Origin: Trichoplax adhaerens
Lineage: Eukaryota; Animalia; Placozoa
Assembly (NCBI RefSeq): GCF_000150275.1
Contig: NW_002060947.1
Location: 5,180,267 to 5,244,266, forward strand
Length of the DNA stretch: 64,000 bases
Reading direction: 5' to 3'
This document shows, one piece after another, positions 25,301-36,880 of this stretch. Position 1 is the first letter of the stretch. Each line of letters opens with the position of its first letter. The notes beneath the pieces are model-generated. The model was not told the DNA's origin and did no database searches. It saw nothing but the letters and a program-made list of their open reading frames with translations. The translations under genes and the position numbers were made by a program.

Positions 25301-28300
25301 GGTATTGCATTCAAATAATCATGACCATTTACGGTATTCGTGGACAATCGAATAATGATATCAAATCAAGACCTAAAGATAACTCTTCAGCCATTTTTAT
25401 TTAGGTATTTAGATGATAATTTTCTTACAAGAATTTGTAATTCTTCCTTTGATACATTAACCGCTTTGGATACGTTGTAAGTTTCGAGTCTTCGAGTTTG
25501 AAAATTTTAATTTGTATAAAGATCAACCCAATATTAGAAATTTGAAATTTATTAAGCTAATTTCAAAACTATAATCTTTATGGCTAATTTTTTCAGAATG
25601 ATAAGAAATAATAATATGACACATTTGTCTGAATATCAGTTTTCTGGAATGCCAAATGTTTTTAGAATGTAAGCAAATATGTTCAATTCTGGGAAATATT
25701 TTAATTCTAATAAATTTTCAATCTGAAGAATCATTACCATATATCATGGTAAGAGCGAAATAGACATGTTTATGTATATTGATATACTCCGAAAATAGAT
25801 CATTATCATCCAACCAACTTTGTTGTATACATCCCAATACTTTTGCAAATTTAACACGCTTGACCAGCCTGTAAGTTATAAATGATAATTTACGTCATTA
25901 CTCCAGGATAAACATATTTTAATTCAGTTGATAGCAATTTAAGTCTCAAAAATCATAAAAATACATTATTGAAGGCCTGTTAATAATTCGGCCTATATTA
26001 CAATTAAGAACGATTTAATTTATCAATTTTCGCGATATACTCACAGTGAAATTTTATTCTGTCAGAGATCTGTCGGACAATGTTATTAGCGATATACAGG
26101 GTTTTCAAATACCAGATCTTAAGGCTTTAACATTATTGTAAGGACCGTATTGAGACTTTTATCTAAACCGTATTGATTAAGATAACTAAATAAATGCAAT
26201 ATTTTATTTAGGATGCTAAATGAGAATCAAATATCAAAAGTCTTGAATGGTTCCTTCTCGGGCTTGAAAAGTTTAAAGAAGTTGTAAGTACAGCATTCTT
26301 GTCAGATAATTTTGTAAATATTTATTCGTCAATTAGCCCACAGATTCTGATTGGTCACAACCTATCGATTACTGACTAATGTTGGTATAATTTTAACTAT
26401 CGAAAGGCAATCACCATTCCTTGGATAATTTCATTATCACCTTTTGTACCATATTAATAATCATTCATAGTAATACAATACATGCATCAATTAGTTTATC
26501 ATGGGTATAGTATACAAGAAATGCCATTGATATATTAGCTGCTAAGGCTTGATCTTAATAATTTTTTTGCTTTCAGCATCAGCTTATGAAAATCTATTAA
26601 TGTCTTAGGTAGTTGTAGGTTTGATACCAATCAATTACACATAACACCAAGACAGTACTTGCATTACTCATATTACGAACATTAAATCTAAACGGACAAA
26701 GCGATAGTATTCTATATGCATTTTTGTATAAAGAAAGCGATATATATATATATATATGTTATATATATATACTTAAATTTTCCGTATGTCAATTTGCTTT
26801 TTTTTCCAAAAAGTAACCTGTAAAGCTTGACCGTATAGAGATAAATGCATGTTAAAAGTATTACGCTGATTATACTCTAAATTATTGATTTCAGCAAAGT
26901 TTTATTAGAATTTAATAAAGATTACAAATTTTAAGTTATACTACGTGCTTACTTATTTTGTTAGGGTTTTACGAACTAACAGAATATCTTATATTGCACA
27001 TGCAGCCTTTGAAGGACTAATTCAAATACAAGACATGTATGTAAAGACATTATATGGCTATTAGTAGCAATTTCGCTTATATGTTAACTTTTGTATATGT
27101 AACGGAAATAATCTTTAATAATTCTTAGACGCTTGGACGGAAACTGGATTGTCTCTGTTGCAATAGATATATTTAGTACCGGAGCGCCGCTAATAAATTA
27201 TGTGTTGGTTGCATTAAATACCCACGAATTATAAATAGACGATTATAAAATTTATTTTTGATACAGATTTATTGACGTAGTTCAAGTATATCACTAGTAA
27301 TCTAAAGCACTAGTATCATAGTATGTAAAAATTCATTGTCAATTAAGAACTGAAAGTAAACAGTAAAAATATCTGTAAAATAATATTCAATCTCTTTATT
27401 TCAAAGCAAAAATTTTCTAATCCATTTCTTATCATAGCATGCTTGACTAAATCATCTGAATTATTTTACTTTTAGAGGTCTATCAAAAAATAAAATTAAG
27501 TCTGTCCAGTTAATTAATACTAGCTTCAGCTTAATTCAGCATTTGTAAGTTATAATTTGCTAAAGTTCTGGCGCTATTTTAATTTTGGATTTGTCTCTCA
27601 TAAATTTTAGCTACCGTATTGTATTTCTATACTATTGCAAAAGTGTGTTTTGAAATAAGTAAATTTTTTTCTTTAAAACTGGTTATAAAAATAGAGACCT
27701 ATCTCATAACGTTATCCGTAAATCTATTATACTATCCGGCAATAATCTTCAAAAGCTGTAAGTATTAAATATTCTCCTGGTAATTAGTTAAGAAGTTGTT
27801 AATTATGTTGAGAATTTTAGTTAAATATGGCGGTCTTTGGTCATTTTTCTTCTGTTAATTGCAAAAATTGTATATATATTTAAAATTCTAGAAATCTTTC
27901 TGCAAATCGCATTGATCATGTCTCCGAATTGAAGAATCTTAATCTGTCGTTATTTGATAGCATGTGCGTATCAAATCTGCCGATCATAAAATATGTTATA
28001 TATGTTAACTGATATCATAGTGAATTCCCAGCATGATTTCGCGTTCTACTGTATATTTAAAATAACGAGCTGCATCAGTAAAAAATAATAGTCACGGCAA
28101 TTTCGTAAATTTTGTTGCCGAGCATTCATGATGCTCATCAATGGCCAAATGTAAAAATCCCCTTGATATTATTTATTAAATTTTGGAATGCAGTTACAAT
28201 ACTACAATAAAACCTTAAATAAGATTGTTGACAGTCTAAGATTGATAGCAACCAAGTCTAACTCTCCTAACAAGTTCTACCACACTAACAAGAATGCCTT

Positions 28301-31300
28301 AACGAATTTTTATCATTTTTTAAGTTAATAATATTTATACATTATATATGTATAATTTTACTATAAAATTCGCCATTAAAATTTATGAATCACAGAGACT
28401 TCAGCAACAATCGAATTTTAGACATTAATAATCAAATTATCCCAAATACTCAAGAATTTCCTAAAATAAGAGCATTGTAAGTTGACTATGAAATTATTAC
28501 TTTAAATGGTTAGTACATAATGCTAAATTTCCTTTTTAAATATATTCAAAATATTTAAAATCTCTCATATATCATAGGTATATTAAAAGCAATAAACTAA
28601 ATCAAATTCATCAACGGGCATTCCAGAACCTACAGAATTTGGAGATTTTGTAAGTAATCAAATACGAGATGCTAACAGTTATATTATCAGTGCAAAAAAT
28701 TTCGTCTCCTTCAGTTGGATTTGATATGGTAATCATGTATTCTATCGGTAACTCTGTTTTCTGTTCCTTCAGAGACCTGCAAAATAACAACATCAGAGTT
28801 TTATCTTTTGCAGAGAATCTACGCAGTCTTGAGAAGCTGTGAGTTACCATTAATAGACTAATTAGATTATAGGCTTATTTATAAACATAAGGAAAATTGG
28901 TCATTATCAAATAAAATAAAACCACTTAATTGTTGGGTTCACTTTTAGTATTATGGGCAAGAATAAGATTCAGCAGCTAAAATCACAATATTTTCAAAAT
29001 CTAACAAATCTTACCGAACTGTAAGGAAAGCAATGACTGCAATTTATTTTATGTACATTATGCAATCTCCATTATTTAGCATGCGACTGGTAGATTTAAT
29101 AATGTCGCCCAGATTTTGTAGAAGGGATTCAGTAACCACTATAATTTCTACATGTAATCTGCCAATATAGGGATGTAAGCTGCAATCAAATCAGACGATT
29201 AGAAAATCACATGTTTAAATCCTTAACAAAATTAAAATCGCTGTACGTACTACTTTCTGCCATAAAGCTGATTATTGCGACCAAAATATTTATAAATGGC
29301 TTTCTGAATTCTGTTGATGAAAACGAAATTCTAATTCCTATTCTTTGTTCTTGTATATAAATATTTTCATAGCAAATTATCTGGTAATCGTATAGAATTA
29401 ATTAAAACTCAAGCTTTTAATGGTTTGATTGCTCTAACTAATTTGTAAGTAAAGTTTTAACAATATTAACATTTTCAGCATTTTGTAAACTGTATGAATT
29501 ATATTATTGATGCGAGGGTGCTTTGAGTAATTTAGTCTCAGTTTAGTCTAAGTGTAAAAATTGGACTACTTTTTTAATTTAAATCTAGGCAACTGGAATA
29601 TAATTTAATCCAATCAATTGATGGTATATTCAAGAATCATCTTCAGAATTTACAGACATTGTAAGTTGGATGATGAAATCTAATTTGATCTGATTTTGTA
29701 TATACCACTAAATAGTTGGTAGTAGTCCATTATCAGCTAGACTTTTACATGTGGAAATCTTAGAACAGATTAGTAGCTGACTTTAATCGACTTTGGCAAG
29801 TAATTTTTACAGTAAACTTGAATTAATACCGGCAATAGCAATATGAATGCGAGTTAATATAGTATTTAAATATCGAATATGGGCGTTTGTTTTCATAGTA
29901 GCTCTAGAGAAGAATGTTATTTGTTTGTATTATAACAATAGCGAAGTAAAATATTACAGTCTTCGTTTAATTATTTAAAGAAGTTTAAACTGTATGCAGT
30001 CTCAAATAACTGCTGACATGCAACTATGGATAGCTTCAAGCCAACAATTTATGTACCTTAGAGGGCTAAAGAGCCAGATTTCTGAAGTAATTTTCTTCAT
30101 ATTACAATGAATTTTAGGAACATATCTAATAATAAAATTACATCGATTGGAGGCTCCTCTTTCCTCTCCATGTCTTACTTAGAACAGCTGTAAGTCTTAA
30201 TAAAGTATTGACTACCTAAATATTTCATTTTATTTGAAATATGCAAAATAATTGATGGAATAGCGCTTTTATTGAAAGCTAACTTATTCAGCAAATTTGC
30301 TGACTTCAATATGCCCTATTCTATGTTAAAATAAATTAATTATCAAATAATTTGCAAGTCCATTTTTTGTATGAATATATATCTGCAATGGCGAATATAT
30401 GCAAATCTTTTTAAATAATATTTAAAAAGTGTATTCTTTCACGTGATTTATCGTTAACTAACCGTTGTTACTTTTCAATTTCTAGCTGGCTTGATAATAA
30501 TCAAATACCATCATTGCCAACTAATAGTTTCAACGGATTATCAAGTTTGATAATTATGTAATTTACATAATATGAATATTACGTAGCAATATTGGTGTAA
30601 AAACGTTACAGAATATTAACGATTGATTAATGTATTCGATATTTATTGATGTCTAGATCCTTAAGTGAAAACTTAATTGGAAACCTTTCTTGCGAAAGCT
30701 TTACCAACCTAAATCAACTTGATGAACTGTAATTATTAATAGTGATAATTAGCTATCTACTAATATTTAAAGACGTTTAAATCGTTGAAAAATAATTTGA
30801 CACTTAAAGCAGGAAATGCAATTTACATTAATTTGTTATCATATTAAATATTATCCAACCATTTTTTTCTATTAGACGATTGGCATCAAATAATATATCG
30901 TTTATTCACCATAACTGCGCGTCAGTTTTCTCACGGTTAAATAAAATGTATGTCGAGTAATAACTTTCTGTAAAGGAGTTTCCAATAGCACTTCGTCTTG
31001 CATAAATTCAACTGTCTGACAAGCAGCCTACTCTTAAGCAGTATTTAGTTTTAAAAACCATCAGTAAATTTATCTTATTTCATGATTCTATAGTGATTTC
31101 AATTTTAACAACTTAGTCCGAAATGGCATCAATATCAGCAATTCTATTCTCGATAGCTTGAGTGGATTCCCGTTCGAGCTGTAAGTTACAATTGTGCTAA
31201 AAATCACTTATCGTAGACTAAATATCGATATTGGAGATACGTTTACGCAATCTAATCTTGACACTAACTATATTCATTTCTAGGAAATTGGCTGGAAATA

Positions 31301-34300
31301 ACATCAAGCATTTACAGACAAGCTACTTTCGACAAAATATCTTACTTAGATCAATGTAGGTCCAAATGGAATATTTTATTAACCGATAGAAAATAATCTA
31401 TGTGTTATGCCCAAAATTGAATTTTTAAACGTAAATATAATATAAATTTTAAGTCCTAATACTACATTTGCTAATTTTCGATTTTAGAGATATTGGCTAC
31501 AATGAACTAAATGATGAAGAAATGGCCGGATTAATTTCGTCTATAATAATTCTGAATGAGGAGTGCCAGTCATTTAAGAAAATTTTTCGTTGCTACGAGT
31601 ATTCAATGTTAGTGCTTTAATAAGTTGTCTCCATATAGCCCGGTCAGAAGAATTTTGATTGTCTTACCGGTATTTAAAAGTTAATTACTATTGATAATCT
31701 TATCGTCATTAGAAATGTGGCCGGTAACAATATGCACTCCATTCCGCCTGGATTTTTCAACTATTTAAAGGAATTTATTCTAAAAATGTAACTGTTAATT
31801 TTAGATGCTAATAGTCAAAGCTTAAATTTTCGCTATTGCGATAATTTACTTTAAATTAAGTAAAGAGAATCAGAGCTAGATTTTATCGTAGCATAGAATT
31901 ATGACGAATGCATTCTTAATTAGAAACGATCTTCATACTGCTCTTACAGCAACATTACTAACAACAAATTACAAACGGTGGATGCATCAGAAATCTTTTC
32001 TTCTCATGACTATATTCTTCAAGAATTGTATGTTCTTTTTATCGTTAGATATCATTTTCTATATACTTACTAATTCATATCATTATGGTACACACACTCA
32101 TTACTTAAGATATTACATTTCATTGAACAGAAGTTTATTCGAAAAGATATAAAATTAATGATTCAAATCTTTAATTCAGGTATATATCGAATAACCGAAT
32201 TCAATATTTTACCAATTTCAAGAAATTACAGTTTTACAAACTCAGAATTCTGTAAGTGACCTAAAGTTTATCTAAAGCTTTAGCTAATATTTCGACTTGA
32301 ACTATCATCAAGCCCCTTCATCCTTTTCATGAAGATATCTAAAGTTATATTCTTCATTAAATAATATCAAATGTACATAAAATCTCTTTAGAAATATTGA
32401 CAACAACAATATCGCAGATATTTGCCAGAAAAATTTGGGTCGAACATGGCCTAACCTCGAATATTTGTATGTTTATAAAAATTAATAGCCTAACAATTAT
32501 TGCTATAATATAATTCATATCAGCATGATCTAAATAAGATTATGTAGTCAAATACATGTGGTCGATCATTAAATACCATGCCATTCTATTATGCAGGTCT
32601 GCAAATAAAAATAATATCAAAGTATTACAGAGTCGTTGCTTTCAATATTCATCTAAACTAAAATTTATGTAAGTCTTTAAGATTACTAACAGAAATTTTT
32701 AATGTTAAATGCAATAAAGAGGATTCAGTAAAGAAAGGAGTAAACTTTATTCTAATGATAAAATTCTACAGATCGCTGAAAGAAAATCCAATCAATTCTC
32801 TCAACCCTCGATCATTTTATGGACCCCCTATATTAGATACAGTGTAAGCTACATTCAAATCAACAAATAAAAGATATATGTATTTTACTGACAGTGTTGG
32901 CAGAATTTTCTAAATTTTTAAAATAATTATTTCCTTATATTGATATAACGTACGGATTGTTATATAATAACTAACTCTTATAGACTGTACAAACTATATT
33001 CTAATCAACATATTAAAATTAATTGTACTTTACTGATAGTATTGCTAAATTTCCCAAATTTAAAAATATAATTATTCAGTTCCATTGATAAAATATTAGG
33101 ATTGTTATCTAATTTTTAATTCTTACATTGAAACTGTGTAACTATACTCAAATCAACAAGTTATAAGAAAACACATTTTAAAAATAGTATTACTAAATGT
33201 TTGAAAATGTTTAAATAACTATTTGTTTATGATAACAAAATATATTGAATACTATATAATAACTAACTTCTGTCTTGATTTTTTACGATCAGATTGTCAA
33301 CGCGAGATTATTTATGTTGTTATGTACCTGCTCAAGTCACATTTTGTACACCCATTTATGATCAGGACGCATTGTCTACGTGCGATGATATGCTATCTCA
33401 TCCAACGCTGCAATATTTTGTATGGATAATAGGAATTACAGCATTTGTCGGAAATATTTTAGTATTTCTCCATTATTGCCAACAAAGTAAACAAAAGCAT
33501 CCACCCATATCAGTTACTACTGTTTTGCTAACTAACCTGGCATTAGCTGATTTCTTTATGTCAATCTACCTGATTATTATTGGTATTGCGGATCAAATCT
33601 ATCGTGGATACTATTCCATGTATGTAGAACCATGGTTAACGAGTGTGCCTTGCTATTCCGCATCATTCCTGGTATCATTATCAAGTTTAATGTCGGTATA
33701 TATGATGATCATTATTAGCATTGATCGCTTTATATGTATTACTTTCCCATTTTCAACAAAAAGATTAAAAGTTTCCAGTGCAAGAAATGTGCTGTTGGTC
33801 GGTTGGTTATTCTGTATTGTTTTTGCTGGCATACCAGTAGTCTTCAGCATAGGCAAACCAGGAGAGAGCCGCCTCTACAAGTATAGCAGTATATGCATGC
33901 CTAGTAATGTCAATAACGTTTACTATAGAACTTGGATATTGTGCTATACTTTCTTGACCATGGTAGCCTGGATACTAACATGCGCTTTATATTTTGGCAT
34001 GTTTTTCTCTATGCGTCAATCTAGCAAATCAGTTCGTAAAATCGGATCTGTAAATCGCGACAGAAAAATTGCCATACGGTTATTTTTAATCATTATTACT
34101 GATTTAGCCTCTTGGATGCCTTATTATATCTTAGTTATTCAAGTTCTTTTTACTGGTACAATTGACATCATCGTCTTACAGTTTGTCATCATTTTTGCAT
34201 TACCAATAAATTCTGCTATTAATCCTTACTTATATACGATTACAAACCTATCTACATTTAATAAAGCTTTTAGTCAAGTTGTACCTAGTGGCGTCCACCA

Positions 34301-34622
34301 GGCAATAACTAATATAAGAAGTACAGAATTAACACGACAAGGTAGCGAAATATCTCGTCGCCAACGCGAATTTAATCTGTCACATGCTACAAGAAGCGAT
34401 AGTGTAACACCGAGAAAGAGTATCAGCGTAATACTACTAGATGAGAAACAATCGTCTAATTTAATCGTAGATCAAACACCAGTAGGACAAGGCATATTTA
34501 AAGAAGTCGAATTTGGATATTCCGATACGCTTACTAATATTAGCGGTCAAACTGTTAAGCATGGATTGCATCATATTACCCCTAGGCGCAATGATCCATC
34601 TTCTATTACTAACATTCATTAA
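16337..34622 (+). CDS. Giant leucine-rich-repeat-containing GPCR (LGR): LRRNT + 47 LRRs + short Cys hinge + class A 7TM
   Basis: LRRNT exon 16337-16466 (WCIDVKYCKCDQKNTTIMCSN...EIP). Then 47 AG/GT-bounded phase 2-2 exons, each one xLxxNxIxxIxxxxFxxLxxLxxL repeat, starting near 17171, 19507, 20048, 20291, 20646, 20820, 21741, 21925, 22104, 22263, 22478, 22647, 23449, 23593, 23788, 24917, 25218, 25405, 25597, 25799, 26066, 26212, 26965, 27129, 27476, 27695, 27892, 28395, 28578, 28773, 28949, 29171, 29373, 29589, 30118, 30486, 30657, 30876, 31094, 31284, 31488, 31713, 31950, 32180, 32392, 32597 and 32772. Terminal exon 33293-34622. The start codon is uncertain. Confidence 0.9.
17297..17777 (-). 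mobile_element. Solo-LTR-like element, family B (copy 2), intronic, with an internal tandem duplication of about 45 bp
   Basis: TGTCACAAACCAGC...CCTGACA; flanks CAGAT/CTGAT; aligns with 8668-9102. The block GAGTCATCTTATAAAAATACT..GTGAGAACATCTACTAACTA occurs twice (about 17492-17581). Confidence 0.85.
17783..18371 (-). mobile_element. Diverged family A solo-LTR-like copy, intronic
   Basis: Collinear with 24281-24885 over most of its length and ends in ATAACACTGTAACA. The left end is obscured by the adjacent family B insertion. Confidence 0.7.
18509..19058 (+). mobile_element. Solo-LTR-like element, family C (copy 2), intronic
   Basis: TGTTATGG...TTGTGACA flanked by a perfect TSD, CTTGT (18504-18508 and 19059-19063). 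The 3' terminus (CGTTACCTTGTCGCAGAAG...TTGTGACA) resembles those of families A and B. Confidence 0.8.
19123..19160. repeat. Perfect 38-bp palindrome
   Basis: AAGCGTGTAGATCTGTCTATAGACAGATCTACACGCTT equals its own reverse complement. Confidence 0.95.
24281..24885 (-). mobile_element. Solo-LTR-like element, family A (copy 2), intronic
   Basis: TGTCTCAAAA...CACTGTCACA flanked by a perfect TSD, CTGAT (24276-24280 and 24886-24890). It is the reverse complement of copies 1 and 3. Confidence 0.88.
26740..26771. repeat. Interrupted (AT)n microsatellite
   Basis: ATATATATATATATATATGTTATATATATATA within an LGR intron. Confidence 0.85.
33293..34622 (+). CDS. Terminal exon of the LGR: hinge, 7TM domain and cytoplasmic tail
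   Basis: YLCCYVP..FCTP...LSTCDDML hinge; FVGN (TM1); NLALADFFMSIYL (TM2); W..S..C; SIDRF; SSICMP; TDLASWMP; LPINSAINPYLY (NPxxY). These are typical LGR 7TM motifs. Confidence 0.95.
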
Positions 34623-36250
34623 GATGTAACATGCAATTTTTTCTTATGCTTATTTATTTCAATTTTGCCTTATTTCTGTACTGGACTTGGTATTGGTTTG
34701 AATTATCACTTCTACCAAATACGCATAAAAATGCTTGTACATCTTTAATGGCTATTTACGGAACTGATCAGTGACGTAAAAGGGATGTAATAACATATAA
34801 TCAAAAAAAGAATTGACAATAAATACAACCGAAGTTCCTCGACATAACATTAGAACAGGTGTCACAACAGCGAGAAAGAAATAAAATTACTAATGGTGAA
34901 AGGAACAATAAATATAATATTTTAACTATTTTATGTTATTTGCACTTATATAACTTAAGATTTTCGCTAGCGAGAAAATCTTAAAGCATGTTAATGTTAG
35001 GCCCATTAATGTGATCGAGAAATTAATTAACCTGAGTGTGAAATAATAATCAAATGTAATAGAATTTAAAATAAGGTTAAAATAGCTTATCATCTTCTGT
35101 AATGCAGCAAGATGCGGAATTTCATCATAATCGTTACGTTATACAGTTCTTTAAGTTTAGTGTTTAATCTTATCATAAGGAAAGATTAATCTAACAATAT
35201 AATATAAAATGATCTTCAACCTTTTCAGCGACTTAGACACTACTCTGCTTTCGCATTTATTCTAGATGCCTGAGGGAAGTTTTATTAATTGATACCTATA
35301 TAATCTGCGATTGAAGGATTCCTAGAATTATACTATTCCAACCTACGTAATCAATTCTATTTCAAAATATTCACGTTTAAGTGCTATCAAATTTTAATCA
35401 TAAAGAAATAACGTTTGTGCTTCAATTATAAACTGTCCCCGCTTCTTTACATAGATGTAGCAATTATCATTTAGCAAATTTAGAATTATTACTATATAAA
35501 TATATACTTAAGTTTTACAACTACAATGGACCATAAAATATTAACAGTAATTATTTCAATTTGTTATCAAGCAAAATTTCGTGATGTAGTAGATTACGAT
35601 TACCTTATTTATTCCTTGTCATAACTGTAATAATGTTATCTAACTAAGTAGAAGATAAACCTTATTACTACATCAAAAATTGCTTGCTGTAGCAAACTTT
35701 TCTTAATTTAAGGAAATTGATACAGCCTTAATTTGCAGTAAATTGTACCATCATTTCCATTTTGCATCACACAAGTCTAATGGCTATCAATAATTGCACT
35801 ATAAGGCTTTTGTAAAGCTTAAAAACTAATAGTCTTCAGCACTATCGTAGGCAAATCTTCAGACATTCTCTTCTTGACTGAAAATTTTATCAATATCACA
35901 CCCTAATATTAAATCTATGTCAATTCTTACAATAACTATGTGAAACAACTTTAATTTATTAATTATGCCTTACTGACGTTCCTTTATCATAGATTTTCAA
36001 GCTGTATTATATTACTATTAATTTAAAAGCTTTAATAAAGATTACATCGGAGCACTATGGATACAGAATTTGCTATGCTAAAATGTTTATAGATCCCGGA
36101 AATATCAGGAATATTCTTGTATCTTTACCCAATACTAAAATAAGTATAGCTTGTGCCAGTAATTAAATATGATATAGAGCTGAATCTACTTGATATATAA
36201 TTGTACTCGTAATTATACTATAGCGGTGATTTTTTTTTATTATGACTGAT

Positions 36251-36880
36251 TGTGGCAGTGTTATATACTGTACTAGAGTAGAAATATCTATGTTAGGATA
36301 ATTCTGTTAGCCTATCCTTATTTAGTTAACTCCTAATTTGGATATACCGTGTTTTAATATAGCACTGACTTTTTATGACGGTGATACATATACACATACT
36401 GAAATTAATAGTTATAATAGGGAAAGCAAATTATATACTTACAATTCGAATCATTGCGATTGTAACTTACTTATGGTAGATTGTAAATTATCGTGGAAAT
36501 GTTCCGTGATAGGACATATCGTAATCTGACTATTCTGTATTAGTCATAAGATGTCTATGTTCGTAAATACTGTTGTCTGCATTAAGGAAGCAGTAGCTAT
36601 AATTAATATCTAATTTAGTAAATGATTACAAAGTTAGTCGTACTAACTATGACTCATGAATTATTGAGGAAGAGTATATAAATGCAATATATCGTGTAAT
36701 AAAGAGGATTCTCAAACTTAGTGTTTAACGTAAAATACGAGGCGTTTAAGTCTTTGTGTAGACAGCTGGTAGATCAAAAGTGTTTCTGATAGTGCAGATA
36801 TCGTTCCTTGATACGTGGTTCAAGGAATTGACTTATTGATCATACATTACGTTATCTTGTTGTAAAGCTGTTTTGTGACA
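36251..36880 (+). mobile_element. Solo-LTR-like element, family A (copy 3)
   Basis: TGTGGCAGTG...TTTTGTGACA flanked by a perfect TSD, CTGAT (36246-36250 and 36881-36885). TATATAAA at 36675-36682 and AATAAA at 36698-36703. Confidence 0.88.

Noticed and set aside
19507-32843. Regularly spaced ~72-nt units as a CRISPR-like or DNA tandem array
   Set aside because: The units differ at DNA level and are GT-AG-bounded coding exons in a eukaryotic gene.
33653-33856. Antisense ORF within the 7TM exon (also 28611-28850, 31901-32152, 49625-49968 and 60746-61087)
   Set aside because: Shadow or intron-read-through ORFs overlapping real exons.
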